A stretch of 64,000 nt of DNA, from NCBI GenBank assembly GCA_000182565.2, contig KQ257452.1; one strand, written 5' to 3'. Below, in pieces: positions 29,029-41,551 of this stretch. This DNA is from Spizellomyces punctatus DAOM BR117. Lineage: Eukaryota. The notes under the pieces were generated by a model. The model had not been told where the DNA came from, made no database searches, and worked only from the letters and a program-made list of their open reading frames with translations. How positions within the stretch are numbered: position 1 is the first letter of the stretch; the number at the start of each line of letters is the position of its first letter. The position numbers and the translations under genes are program-made.

Positions 29029-30304
29029 ATGGCTTCATCCGACGGCATTGGGGAACCCTGGCAAGTTTTAGGTCATGGCGAGTGGCATCCACATGGAACG
29101 GCCGAGCGAGTGTACAATCTCGTCGCCTTCTTTGTAAATCTTACAAATGTGTTCGGCAATTCCTTCATTTTTTTCATGTTTGCAAAGGATAGAAGTCTTT
29201 GGGAGCCTAGGACGCTCTTGGTATGCTTACTTTATAACCCATGCTTCCTCAAGTGCCTCAAAATATTCCTAACCATCCTTCACACCAGGTCCTCAACCTA
29301 GCCTTTGCAGACCTTAGTTGGGGCTCTGCGGCAATGATCACGGAATTGATCAACTCGATTAAAGGAGGATTCGCGACTGGCACACTTGGATGCAATGTCG
29401 CTTTGCACTTCGCCAGCTTTGGAATTGCGTTGTCAATGCAAACTTTTATGTGGATATCTGTGGACAGATGGTTGGCAATAGTTCGTGAGTAAGTATTTGC
29501 TGTTTATCCGCTGAAACGATATATGATGCCGTTGGTTGATATCATTTACCTTTCTCCAGACGACCCCCGAACCCATGGCAAATATACTCTGTGATTGCGT
29601 CGACATGGGTCGTAGCGTTAAGTAAGTTTAATTCCCTTGCCCATTCCAATGGCTTAAACTTACGTGAAACTCTCCTGCGTTTTACAGTGTACACAATCTG
29701 GCTCATTTTCGCCGGCCGTCCTGCCGGCGGGGGTGTCCTGAGCAGTACACACACATACTGCGAAGCCGCTTGGATGTTTCCGTCCTTTTTGATGAAGAGC
29801 ATGACGTACTTCACCCAGGCGGCTTATTTCTCCTTCTTCTTGGTTACCACGTACTGTTATAGCAGCATCTATGTGACTTTTAGGGCAAGTAGACGGAGGT
29901 TGTATGGAATGAACCTCATGACAGCTGGTACGGTCGCAAATACAGCAAGAGGAATGGTCGGCGGCAGTACGGAAATGTTACAGTTGTCAGCAGTGCAATC
30001 TAACCGATCGAATGCCACGAGCAACGTCGAAAAGGGCATCAAAAAGCCGCCGAAGCTACAAGATCAAGAGTACCAAATCATCAAAAAGTTTGTGACCCTT
30101 GTGTCGGTCTTTCTGGTTACGTGGGGGATGTGGGTGTTTGGTGTTGTAACATACCAATCTCACACGGGACGACCGTCACCAATCTGGCAGAACGGACTTG
30201 GGGCAATGATGGCCTACATGAACTCTGCGATCAATCCAATCCTACTCATCGTAATGGATAATCGGTTTACTGCGAGTGCCAAGAGGGTGATCGGATGGAC
30301 TTGA
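29029..30304 (+). CDS. Rhodopsin-like (class A) 7TM GPCR, 3 introns
   Basis: TM1 GN, TM2 LNLAFAD, TM3 C...SVDRW, TM4 W, ECL2 YC, TM5 YCYSSIY, TM6 FLVTW, TM7 NSAINPIL, helix 8 DNRF. Confidence 0.9.
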
Positions 30305-30555
30305 AAGGCGCAGGCTGTGAATGTACCATTGTTGCTGTAGATATCTAGTTAGAATGCTATACCCCAAGTAAAAACTACTTGATCTTGCATTACGTAAGAT
30401 AACCAATTGGTTCCATCCAATGCTCATCCCGTCATGGTTTTGACATGACGAGCGCAATCGCCTTGTTTCTCAACGTGGCATTTGCGACCACGGGCACTGA
30501 CGCCCTCAAGACGGGACATGAGAGAGTAACCGCATGAGGAGGATCTGAAGCAGAC

Positions 30556-32247
30556 ATGTCCAAATCGACCATTCCGACCGAACTTTTAAACGCTGTATTC
30601 CACTGGGTGAAGGAACTTCGCGACTTGTACGCATGTTGTCTGGTCAGCCGCTCATGGTTCAGTTCTGCGCACACATATCTATGGGGGAATTTGGAGTGGT
30701 ATACCGACGAATGCAGGTTTTTTAACCTCCTGGCTCATTTTTCACACGCTGCATTCACTGACATCGCTCCAAATACAGGGGAAGACTTTCGTAATGTACT
30801 TTCCCGCCCACGGCACCTTGCTGCCGACTACCGACATAGCATTCAAAAACTTGTCATCACAACATCTTCCCCTCCTGAGGCTGGAGAGCCGCGCCTTATG
30901 GGACTTCGCAAACTCTTACACAATTGCCCACGTTTGACTGTCTTAAATTTGGATTGCCCGGCACTAAACGATGACGATATGTGGACCCTTTCAACATCAT
31001 GTCGTCAACTGCGCGCACTCTCACTCGTTTCAGGGTCCCATCCTTCGGGTTGCGTCACAGATGAAGGTATCCAAGCAATAGCATCAAATTGTCGGAACCT
31101 TTGCCATCTACGATTACGGGCGACATGCGCTGGCGCGTTCACTGAACGAGCATTCAGGGCTATTGCGGAAAGATACACGGACCAGCTACAGAGCTTTGCA
31201 TTGGAATGGGTCGGAACGCACTCCACAGGTTTATCAGTTTACGGTGGGGGTCCCGACGCGGAACGACGTTTTGTGGAAGCGTTACAGGCGGTGATCCTAC
31301 AGAATGCAAAGTTGCATGCGCTTTCATTGGACTGGCCAATCGGAATAGACAAGTCACTTGATGCTGCCGCGCAAACCCTTCGCTATCTTCGTAGCCTGCG
31401 AATAGGCAACGCCCACAACACGTTAGCCATCAAATTACTCATCGCAGCCAATCCGTCCCTCGAATCCCTCTCTCTATACGAAGTTAATCTTGCGCCGGAA
31501 CCGAGCCGTTTTTTTGCTCCGTTATTATCAAACTTACGAAACCCGCGGGGCCCCACTATACGGGAACTGGAACTGGAGGGCATTGGCTGTGTAGCAAACA
31601 TCCTCCCCTTCTTGACTCGCTTCCACTCGCTGACTCGTGTCAAATTTGCACAATCTAGGCGAGCTGCTTTTTTGCATCTTCCTGCCATTGACGACTTTGT
31701 TGCCGCGGTAGCCAGATCATGTCCACATCTGCAAAGTATTGATATACCTATCATGACCGACGTACCTATACTGCAGATTGCACATGGCTGCCCAATGTTG
31801 GAGGAGCTGGATGTCGGATACGGAAAGGAAGTTACAGACTCGGCAATCATTTTCCTAGCTCGAAAATGCCCAAAGATCCACAAGCTGCATCTGGGCTGTG
31901 CGGAACTCTTAACCGACACATCGCTGACAATTCTTATGGAATCTCTCGGCCCAAGTCTTCGGCGCCTCACATTACCGTTTGGCAACAAGCTGCTGACCAT
32001 TAAGACGCTGCGCGCCATTGCTAACCACTGCAAACGGTTGGAGGGCTTGGCAAATTTACCCGCAACGATGGGAATGCGTCCATTGTTGGAAAATGTTCCC
32101 AAACTGACAAGATTGCTGGTCCTTGGACTTTCCATTGGTCCGCATGTAGATTCTGTGCAAGGGTGGCGACATTACATGAGTAGAGAGGAGCAGGATACAT
32201 TAAAAGCTGCCTGTAAGAGGCTGAAATACATATCATACGGTGGATGA
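30556..32247 (+). CDS. F-box / leucine-rich-repeat (FBXL, AMN1-type LRR) protein, intronless
   Basis: N-terminal IPTELLNAVF...LYACCLVSRSW F-box; repeated VTDxxIxxxAxxCxxLxxL LRRs. Confidence 0.88.
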   Translation: MSKSTIPTELLNAVFHWVKELRDLYACCLVSRSWFSSAHTYLWGNLEWYTDECRFFNLLAHFSHAAFTDIAPNTGEDFRNVLSRPRHLAADYRHSIQKLVITTSSPPEAGEPRLMGLRKLLHNCPRLTVLNLDCPALNDDDMWTLSTSCRQLRALSLVSGSHPSGCVTDEGIQAIASNCRNLCHLRLRATCAGAFTERAFRAIAERYTDQLQSFALEWVGTHSTGLSVYGGGPDAERRFVEALQAVILQNAKLHALSLDWPIGIDKSLDAAAQTLRYLRSLRIGNAHNTLAIKLLIAANPSLESLSLYEVNLAPEPSRFFAPLLSNLRNPRGPTIRELELEGIGCVANILPFLTRFHSLTRVKFAQSRRAAFLHLPAIDDFVAAVARSCPHLQSIDIPIMTDVPILQIAHGCPMLEELDVGYGKEVTDSAIIFLARKCPKIHKLHLGCAELLTDTSLTILMESLGPSLRRLTLPFGNKLLTIKTLRAIANHCKRLEGLANLPATMGMRPLLENVPKLTRLLVLGLSIGPHVDSVQGWRHYMSREEQDTLKAACKRLKYISYGG

Positions 32248-32622
32248 ATAAAAATATGTCGTCCTGTAATGAAAGTGGAATTGTTTGAAGACCGTTTCTT
32301 GATTGGAACAGAAACAACGAGATTAACGGTAAATAACATGTAAACGTAATTGCAGCCAGCGTTGATGCTCATCTTGGAACGGATTATGTAATGGCTCACG
32401 TAAGTGATCACCCAGCTAAGGTCTGCGATCTCGTCAAATATAGTTGAAAGTCAAGGCCGAATCGCATATTAGCAACAAGCTGTGATTCCTCGAGGTATGC
32501 ATCTAGCCATGAAGTTATCGTTTGTTTAACTTTTTCACTTACTGATCTTGATCAATTCTTTCACTGTCTGAGAGGTGTGCCATCTGGTCGTCTTTACATC
32601 CCAATCCGCCCGTCCCATTAAA

Positions 32623-35600
32623 ATGGCAGCAACGACGACTTCACAATCGAGCACCAGCAATGTCTTGGTATGAAAATCTGTTTGAGGATCTGGGCATCTA
32701 TTGATATTAACCATTGTGCGCCTTGGCCGTAAACACATTTAAATAGGGACTAGCATGGACTTTTGGCCTCAATAAAAGCATTCTTGGAGGAGTCCACAAC
32801 CTGAGTGATAGCGGTAGAAAGGTGAATGTGATAATCTCTTCTTATAAAATCCTAGACTTACCCTATGAATCCTGCCTTCATTAGGTCATATTCTACGCGG
32901 CCGCCCACACAGGTGTGCTCTACGACTATGCGAACGGCAAACAGCAGCTTCTCCAAGGCCATGTACGTCCAATGATCCTTTTCCCTGATCTCATACTGCT
33001 CACATTTCACGACAATTTAGTGCAATCAAATAACAGCCCTCACGACCTCTTCCGACAAACGATTTCTGCTGACGGCAGATCAGGGCAATGATTCAATGAT
33101 TATTATCTGGGATACCACAGTTGGAAGTCCCGCTACAAAGGACACTACCACCGATGGGCCAAATAATGCAGCGCTTAACGCTCTTCCTATCAGAACAATC
33201 TTTGATTCCCATGGAGGAGCAGGAGTCATTGCGGCCGAGTTTACGAACGACTCGAAGTATGTGGTGACGCTGGGAAATGGTAATCTTCTGATCACTGGCT
33301 TGTATGAAAGCCATCTACTTATTTACGGAATGCCCTCTCATGGTGAAATACTTTATAGACTCGCCACAGACTATTTCCATTTGGGATTGGACGACAGAAA
33401 GCGATGAACCTGTCGTCTCTACTATTGTGGACGGCGAGGCGCAGGTGAACAAGACAAAGTGATAAATGTGCCTTATCACCAATTGACCGTTGTCACTTCT
33501 CGAAAACAGACATCCCTTAAAATCAACCCTGAGGACTTTACGGAATTTCTCACCACCGGTCCCCATTCAGTGAATTTCTTCACATGGTCTCCTGACGCCG
33601 GAATCAGCCAGCATGTTCCCGTCCTCAGCCCCAAGTATGTGGACATTGACATCTCAGACAACGTAGCTATTTTCTTACTCTCCTTTGTGTCTCAGGGACT
33701 TCAAGCACACGCCTTCCTCATTCACCCATTCTACTTTCCTCCCTTCGACGCCATCGAACACTATCGGACAGGCTATCAGTGCAACCGCAGACGGAGACGT
33801 AATTGTGTGGACAGATCGGAGTCTAAATAATCTAAGTGTAAAAATGGAGAGAGGAAAGAAAGCAGGAGTTAAAATAATGCGGTATGTTGTGAGTATTTCT
33901 TATTGATAGTCAGGCATACTAAAGCTCGGATGAAGGTTACATACTGGTGCCATCAATATTGTGATGGTTATGCAGGGAAAATGGCTTGTGACTGGAGGTG
34001 AAGATGGGTTTGTAAGGGTTTACGATATGCAGGTAATACGAGACATCTGCAATCGTAGACTATGACCCATCGCTAGCCATAAGCTGATGCCGTTCACCTG
34101 CGATTTCTAGTTTCGTTTGATTGTTTGGTTTGAGCGTCTTCGAGCAGGTCCTATCTCCTCAATTTCCCTTGGAGGAGGTGCAATAAATTTGGAGCAAGAT
34201 GATGGTGGTATGTACGACCCGAAAAGGAGGATCTTGCAGATACTCGGAAACTCAGTAATTTTACAGCTGATTCCTTGTCCGATGCGGACATTCCGGCTCT
34301 GATTGTCGCTACGAAGCATTCTCGTGTACTCCTCCTTACGAATCTTGGAGAAGGCGTTACTCGGGATACGGTAGCAAAGGGGGGGATCGCTGCGGTATGA
34401 CTCTTATATCAGCTACATGCCTTTGACGAGTATTTGATGTGTTTCTTAATCAGAATGCGGCAATAAAAACACTCCTTGAGGGTCAGTACGATTCCATGCA
34501 CGGACTAGCTGTTCATCCGACTCTTCCAAAATTCGCGGTAGGGGGATATAGTGGTGAGCGGCCTAATGGTCTTTTACCCATTCCAACTTTGGTACTCATA
34601 GTTTTTCTTGATCAGGTTGGGTTCATGTATGGGACTACACAACAAAACAGTTGGTTACATCCCGTCGATTTGAAGAACCTCATGAAGAGAACCCCCATAT
34701 AGTCAAAATCGGCAAAAAGAAGCAAGAGCACAATGCAGATATACTGAAAGTACAGTGCATGGCATTCTCTCCAGATGGCAAGACACTAGGTATGACGCAG
34801 AATTTTCATTGCAAAACTGTCCTCGGAACCACATCAATAACAGAGACCTCCAGCAATTGGCTTTACAAATGGCACTGTACGCCTCGTTCATACGCAAACA
34901 TTGCAGGACTTCCACCAATCCACACCTGCGTCTCATCGTCCCGGAATACCTGGATACGCAGCATCCAAAAAACCCATTATGAGAGCCGTCTTCTCCAATG
35001 ACTCGCAATGGATGGCAATTGCTGATGAGGGTTACGCTGTTGGAGTTTTCAGATTTGGCCCAAAGGACGAATGGGGATTTGTGGGCAGATGTAGAGCACA
35101 TTATGGAGAGATAGTTGGTAAGAATGACGCCACTTTGTTTCATAACACGGCGACCAAGTAATCCTAAAGTGGTCACGTAGGGCTAGTTTTCGTTCCCCCG
35201 GCGCCAGATATGACTTATCCTCGCCTCCTTTCAATTTCACACGACAGACAAATCGCCGAATACGACTTGGAAAAATCCAGCATTACAGCCGGCATTGTCA
35301 TCAGTTCCCTCACAAGAATCGATCAAACTCACAGTCCGCTCTGTGCAGTCCTCCATCCGTCCCCTCCCATTCGCGGCCCGCACGATGCGCCTCAGTATTA
35401 CATACTAACAGCCAACACTGGAGCCAAGTTTCGCTTGTATACTGCGGAATCGGGCATGTGTCGACGAACTGTTGTTGCACCTAGATATGGAGGGGAGCTG
35501 CGGGGTTTGGCGGTTGTAAACAAGAAAGATGGACAAGGCGGTGAAGATGACAACACATTTTTGGCATATATGACGACGGACAAGGTATTAATGCCCATGC

Positions 35601-36766
35601 GATTTGCGGACATAATCACACGGGCTCGAACTAATATCAAGAAAACTAGGTGATTGGCCTCATTAAGCTCCCCCTGGACGGTAACCCACATAAATCTATG
35701 GGTTTGATAGCTCATCCCGGTGCAGTAAGTTGCAGAACTGTTCTAATGCACACTCCAGCAAAGACTAAGCTGCATCTACAATAAACACAGATTGCCGCTC
35801 TGGTGCCAACACCGACCGGTTCACATCTGCTAACAGTCGGATGTGACGATGGTGTCATAAACTTATGGTCCATCAACCCTGCTGCCCTGGATACGCAAAT
35901 CGCCCTTGGTGGAGAGGAACTAGAGCCTTTTCTCGATTTGCTTTTCGCTGGGCAATCGGAAAGAGCAGCATTTGTGCGAGAGATGGAAGATTACTTTTAT
36001 TATGCTCAGCTAAGAAGGTGCGAGGAAGCCCTTGAAGCATCATGGTGGGAATTACTTGACTTACGCGGAATTTGTTGAAAAGCCAAGGCGAAGATGTAAC
36101 CCGCAACCGTCAAATATCCACCACCGTCGCTCTCGGAGAAGTTCCTTCCATCATGCAAGCCATGGGATACTATCCATCCTTCCAAGAAATTGAAGACATG
36201 TTGAATGAAGTTCGGTATTCAGGGTGGTTTGAAGGGTACGCGGCGGACCTGAGGGAAAGTGTAACGTTTGAAGAGCTCATCAGACGTGAGTCTTCAGAAA
36301 ACATATTTGTCATTATTGTCCCCTCCCGGAACTAACGTGAAGGCGCTGTCTGCTAGTCTACGTGAATCATCGCCCGATAGAAGATTATGCTCAATCAGAC
36401 ATTGATGCGTCTCTTGCCCATGCAAAGCGCCTCGAACCCGGTGTGCCCCGTGGCATCGAGGGTGTACTACCGCCTATCTCCGCTGCTGACAAAATCTCTA
36501 GAGAGGGTCTTATGGCACTATTACAGCAATACGGTAAGGATGGGAGGCGCAGGCGACATTGTGACCCTACACATTCGACGCTGACATGTTTGACCTGCTA
36601 CATAGGCGAAACTTTGTCCTCTGCGGATTTTTTGGATACATTCCAGACACTATTGATCAATGATCCACGATATAATGGGACTTTCCCGGACGAGTTTTCT
36701 AGTCAAGAATTTGTGGAGGAGATTTTAGGGTTGATCCCGCAAGTGACACCGCAAATAGACGTGTGA
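32623..36766 (+). CDS. CFAP251: Cilia- and flagella-associated protein 251 (WDR66): WD40 repeats plus EF-hand-like tail; many introns
   Basis: WTFGLN, QQLLQGHCNQI, PLDGNPHKSMGLIAHPG, REMEDYFYYAQLRSQG...PSIMQAMGYYPS. Confidence 0.9.
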
Positions 36767-37095
36767 CAGTAAACTTATTTATTTGACCATAGTTATAAAC
36801 TCCATATCAGTTTAAAGATTGCATAGGCATAAAGCGGGGTGACACATTTGCCACGCATTCTTACCAATTTCCAACTGCTTGCATCTCAATCGTTGCCGAT
36901 AACGGAAGTTACGGCAAGATGGAAATGATGGAGAAATCCACATTTAATCAAGTAAAATTCACATGCTTATCCGGGCACTAATGCCTTCCTGACCTTGGTG
37001 TTGGCTGCTCCGCGGCGTCTTTTTGTAGATGGACAAAGTTACGAGAATGGGTCATGCTGAGTATACCTTGCTAGATTATTGACGCACGAGTAACA

Positions 37096-38125
37096 TTATT
37101 CGCAAGTATATTGAGGAAGATACCAGGCTAGGAACCCTGTTACATAAATTTCCCTACCTACCATCTATCTGCGTAGCCGGGTCATTCGTCCCCGCGCAGC
37201 TATCCATAAGGCAATTATAAGACATCATCCGCACCCCCCAAGTTATAAGAGCTATCGAAAATTGGATGACTCGCCAAATTCGTGCCGGGACGCTATCATT
37301 CAGGATGCCAAGCATTGCCCCTCCATACGTGACCATCTGTACCGGAGAACGAGAAAGTCAGGCATCCTCCATGGCTTGTATAATTGCATGGTCAAAGACG
37401 CTTACCATCGAAAACACCCACGACCCACCCAACCAGTACAATGCGTCGCCCAAAATTCCACGGGTTGTTCCAAAGGTTACATCAGGCTTCAAGAACACTA
37501 GTACTGACCATGCAATACACATTAAAACAACGGTGCTGCGCGTCAATAGTCGCATTTTTCGATGCACCGAACATGTGGGCAGGTAGGCGTAGCCAGCAGT
37601 GTGTAAATAGCGAGCACCAGTCACGCCCAGCTGAGCAAAGATATTGCAGGCCATCACAAATGCCCACAGATACATGCCCGAGCGCAAGTCATTGAGGCCC
37701 GTCATTGTCATCACCACAACATAGAATAGAGTTGATGGCACGCTCACGCTCTCTCGTAGCCTGGTTTCTTGCACTGTCCCAAGATGAAAATGACTGGTTT
37801 TCCCTTTGTGTAGCTTAAATCTGTATCGTATATATAAATCCGCACAAGTGTTGCCGACCAGGTCGAGTTGTTCGAGCAGACAGCCTGTGCTGACAATCTG
37901 CTGGAAGGTAGTTTTCCAGTTCCCAGTGCCCCCACTGATCGCATCTGCTGCTATTCCGGAAACGTAGTTTGCTTGCAGATTAATCGCCACATTTATGAGA
38001 CCGACCGGTGCACCAAAAATGGTAAAGCCATTGGAAGCTTGGACGAAAGTAATTGAAGGATTGGCAACAACAGAAAGTAGAAAGAAAGTGAGGTGCCCGA
38101 CTAGCTTCCTAGATGGAATCCTCAT
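37096..38125 (-). CDS. Hypothetical multi-pass membrane protein (3' exon structure tentative)
   Basis: 255-aa ORF with several hydrophobic segments; a GTAAGC donor after VFSM links to the MVTYGGAMLG...ALITWG exon; no family recognised. Confidence 0.55.
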
Positions 38126-39752
38126 GTCAGGTTGCTAGGACAAGAGCTAAGAATCGCTCGACCGACTGGCAATTTCAAGGGAGTATCTGTCTAGCTCGTT
38201 CATCTTTTTCAAGTGCTTTCTTGTCCCTGGAATCCTTAACCCAATATCCTGACATCTTAAACGCATAATAAAAATAAACTGCAGCCCCGCCCCTGAGGCT
38301 TTGTCATTGTTTGTATCCCACTCAGTGATCAGAGTACAATATCACCCTGGACATACAAGATATTTTTGGGCAACTGCATTCTTGATGCCATAATACCATC
38401 CCGTAGGGAACATGTACAATATGGCTCCAAAAGCAGGGGGTCAGGGCTCAGTCATGACGATGTAATTCAAAACCAACATCCGGGAGATGCAGATATACAG
38501 ATGCTTACAATCCTACTTGCAAAATACCCCATTGAAATCCTCAAGCACCCTCCGCTGGTGTCTTGAAAAACTTCATTATCTTTATGCTCTTTGACCTCAA
38601 GTTGGAACGTCATCCGAGAAGTGAATGGCAAAGCTGTGGCAAAATGTTTGCGCTCCAAACTATGGTTGTAATTGAAAGTTGGCTGCAAGGGTATTCATCA
38701 ATTGGACAAGGAATGTGTGCCTTTTCTTTCAAACCAAATGCCGTTCAGTTACTGCGGGATATCTGCTTTCAAGGCAGCCTCATATCTTCACTGTCTATCG
38801 GATTGAGGCTCGCCCCGGTATGTTATTCTACTATTCTACGACCTAAACTAAACTTTAGCCTTAATCCAATGAGAAGCATCAGCACATCAATGGTTTCAGC
38901 AGATGGCGGTATAAAAGAGTCATATGCCACTGAGAGTCGTGGTGAGCATGGTCTGTAAAGAGCTGCGCTCTCCCCATCTGCTTCTTCTTGCTCACATCGA
39001 CATGAAAGTCATCGAAAACGGATTACTTTGTAGCTATAGGGCTCGGCCACCTGAATAATTCAACATGCAAATTACTAATAGGTACTTGCTTGGTGGGAGG
39101 TATAACCGGTCATTATTTGAACTAATTGCAAGTTACATATTGTCCCCAAGTATTTGCAACAACCTATGCCCGCTTCTCTCAAGTGGGCAACTTTGGGCTA
39201 AATAACTGGTTGCAATAAAACAATTGGTAAAAACCCAACGACTCAATAGCCTACAGCAAGAAATCTTTCCTTTTCAAGGCCCTTGTCCTCGATAGTTCCA
39301 GGAGTGCCGTCGGTGGTTTACGGACTGGTTTACGTAGGATTATAAAATCGAGAATAGACTGGATGCATTTAGACATATGTTAGAACTTGTTGCAGTGTCA
39401 AGGTTGGGCTGCTATGTTTTGTAGACATTTTTGGCAGCCTGCCGAATATGTAATGCACGATGGTACATTGAAAACCGCGTATCATGGATTGAGCTAAAGT
39501 AATCTTGCTTGAGCGGGATATCAGTGTGAATGCAAGCCATGAAAGTGCAGTCTATCCATCGTTCAGTTGCTGGGTATTTCAGCCTGGAGGTGTCCACTGG
39601 GGATATTGGAAGCACTGACGGTAAACTGTCTCGTAACTTGTGTTTTGGGGATAGGATAGCTGTTCGCCGCGTCGGATGCGCGTGTAGGTAAGCAACGTTC
39701 CTCTCCAAGCAATGTGGCCGACAATCAGCCCAAAGTGTCATCTTACAGCCCA

Positions 39753-41322
39753 ATGCCTACGTCGAACAAATCCCGCGGGCGCTTGCGAGCAACCAGCTCT
39801 AATAACCATTCCGCATATGTCCAGACACCCCCATCGTCACAGACACCAACTCGTCCACGCTCGGGAAGTGCCAGTAGTACCACAAGTGATCGAAGCTCGA
39901 TCGGTATAGCAAAACCTAATCCCACAGATTCTCCGCGGCGCAAAGTAGTATGGAACTCATCTACATCCCTCACGCAAAAGCGATCTTTGGGAGTAGCATC
40001 AAAGCCGCCATCAGGACGAGCTAGCACATCACAACCAACATCTGGCCCGGGGAAATCGCCATCGCAGCAAACGCTTCGACAACAGTATGAGGCACTGCTG
40101 GGGTCAAAAAACGGCTCGGACAATGAGTTGCGGGAGGCATTGAGGAAACTGAGGCGGATGGTTTTGACAGAAGGATTGCCCAATGATGTTGAGGTGATAA
40201 CGTTAATTGCTCTGGATTGATGACTATACATACTTATCCGGAGACTCAAGACTTTTCGATCACCGTCGGACTGCTCTCTACGAGGTCGTATCTGGAAAGT
40301 GCTTTTAGGAATCTATCGACTCTCATCTTTTGAGTATTTCAACCTCATCGAACGCGGTCCATCGTCGGTCTACGATAAGATCAAGAACGACACATTCAGA
40401 ACTCTGGCAACGGACAAAAACTTTCTGTCCAAGGTCGATGAAAACATGTTATCAAGAGTTTTGAATGCTTTTGTGTGGAAGATGGAGGGTAAGAGGTGAC
40501 CTGAAATGACCTGCACCGCACTCAAATCCTTGATACAACTCTCATATTCGGCAGATCTCCCACCTTCCCGCCTCCTCAACCTCACGTACACATATGTTCA
40601 GGGAATGAACGTTCTCGCAGCGCCATTTCTATATGTGATGCCGGAACTGGACGCATTTTACACTTTCACTGCGTTCATCCAGCATGCTTGCCCATTGTAT
40701 GTACAACCCGCACTGGAAGGTGTGCATTGCGGATTGAAGGTATGCCCTCAGTAACGCTCCAATGTCACGTTGGTCATACCCACTAATCGAATATATGTAT
40801 CCCTTTCAAGCTGCTAGATAGGTGTTTACAAGTTTGCGACCCATCTCTTTACCGTTATCTGAAATCCAAACGCCTCACAGCAACTGTTTACGCCTTCCCA
40901 TGTATGTGCATACCACATTCAGTCATAGTTAGTGCAATTGCTAACATCACGATTTAGCGGTCATGACTTTTTCAGCCTGCACGCCTCCTTTAACCCAGCT
41001 TCTGCCCTTATGGGACTTTTACCTCTCATATGGCATCCATCTCAACATTCTCTGCATTATATCACAAATCATTCTCATAAGAGACCAAATCATGTCCCAC
41101 CCGTCCCCCATGAGGCTGTTGAGGACCTTCCCAGACTTAAATGCCAAAGAACTTGTGGCGCACACTGTGGGACTAGTACCGAGACTACCGGAAGACCTAT
41201 ATGATATGTTGGTGAGACATACATTCGATGCTGGGATTTATGACGTTGTAATGGGTGACGATGGGGAAGCGGGAGGTGCTGGTGTTTGGATGGGCGAGGG
41301 AGGTGATGTAGAAGAGATTTGA
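39753..41322 (+). CDS. BUB2: Bub2/Cdc16 TBC-domain GAP (mitotic exit / septation network)
   Basis: LRGRIWKVLL, KIKNDTFRTL, YVQGMNVLAAPFLYVMPELDAF, ALEGVHCGLKLLD, YAFPSVMTFSACTPPL. Confidence 0.92.
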
Positions 41323-41551
41323 CGGGTTGTACAATTGTAACTTAAAGAGCATCCTACCCGGTAATTGTGGTTGATTCATTCCTGGCTTTGAGAAGAAAAA
41401 GATAACAAGTTTGTGGAACCCATACGTCTCAACAGTGTGGAATCAGTGTCTAGGCTTCTGATACTGGTTAGGAACGGCCGAAGCCTCGATCGCGCCGTGC
41501 CTGGATGAGACATACAATACTTTGGGCCTCAGCTCCTTATGACCATCAAGT

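Noticed and set aside
31383-32135. 250-aa antisense ORF (similarly 48750..49517, 39743..40249, 42005..42589)
   Set aside because: Antisense shadows of well-supported genes with no motifs of their own.
38233-38250. TCCTTAAC and ATATCCT resembling U12 branch and donor signals
   Set aside because: Wrong order for an intron and no + strand gene around them.
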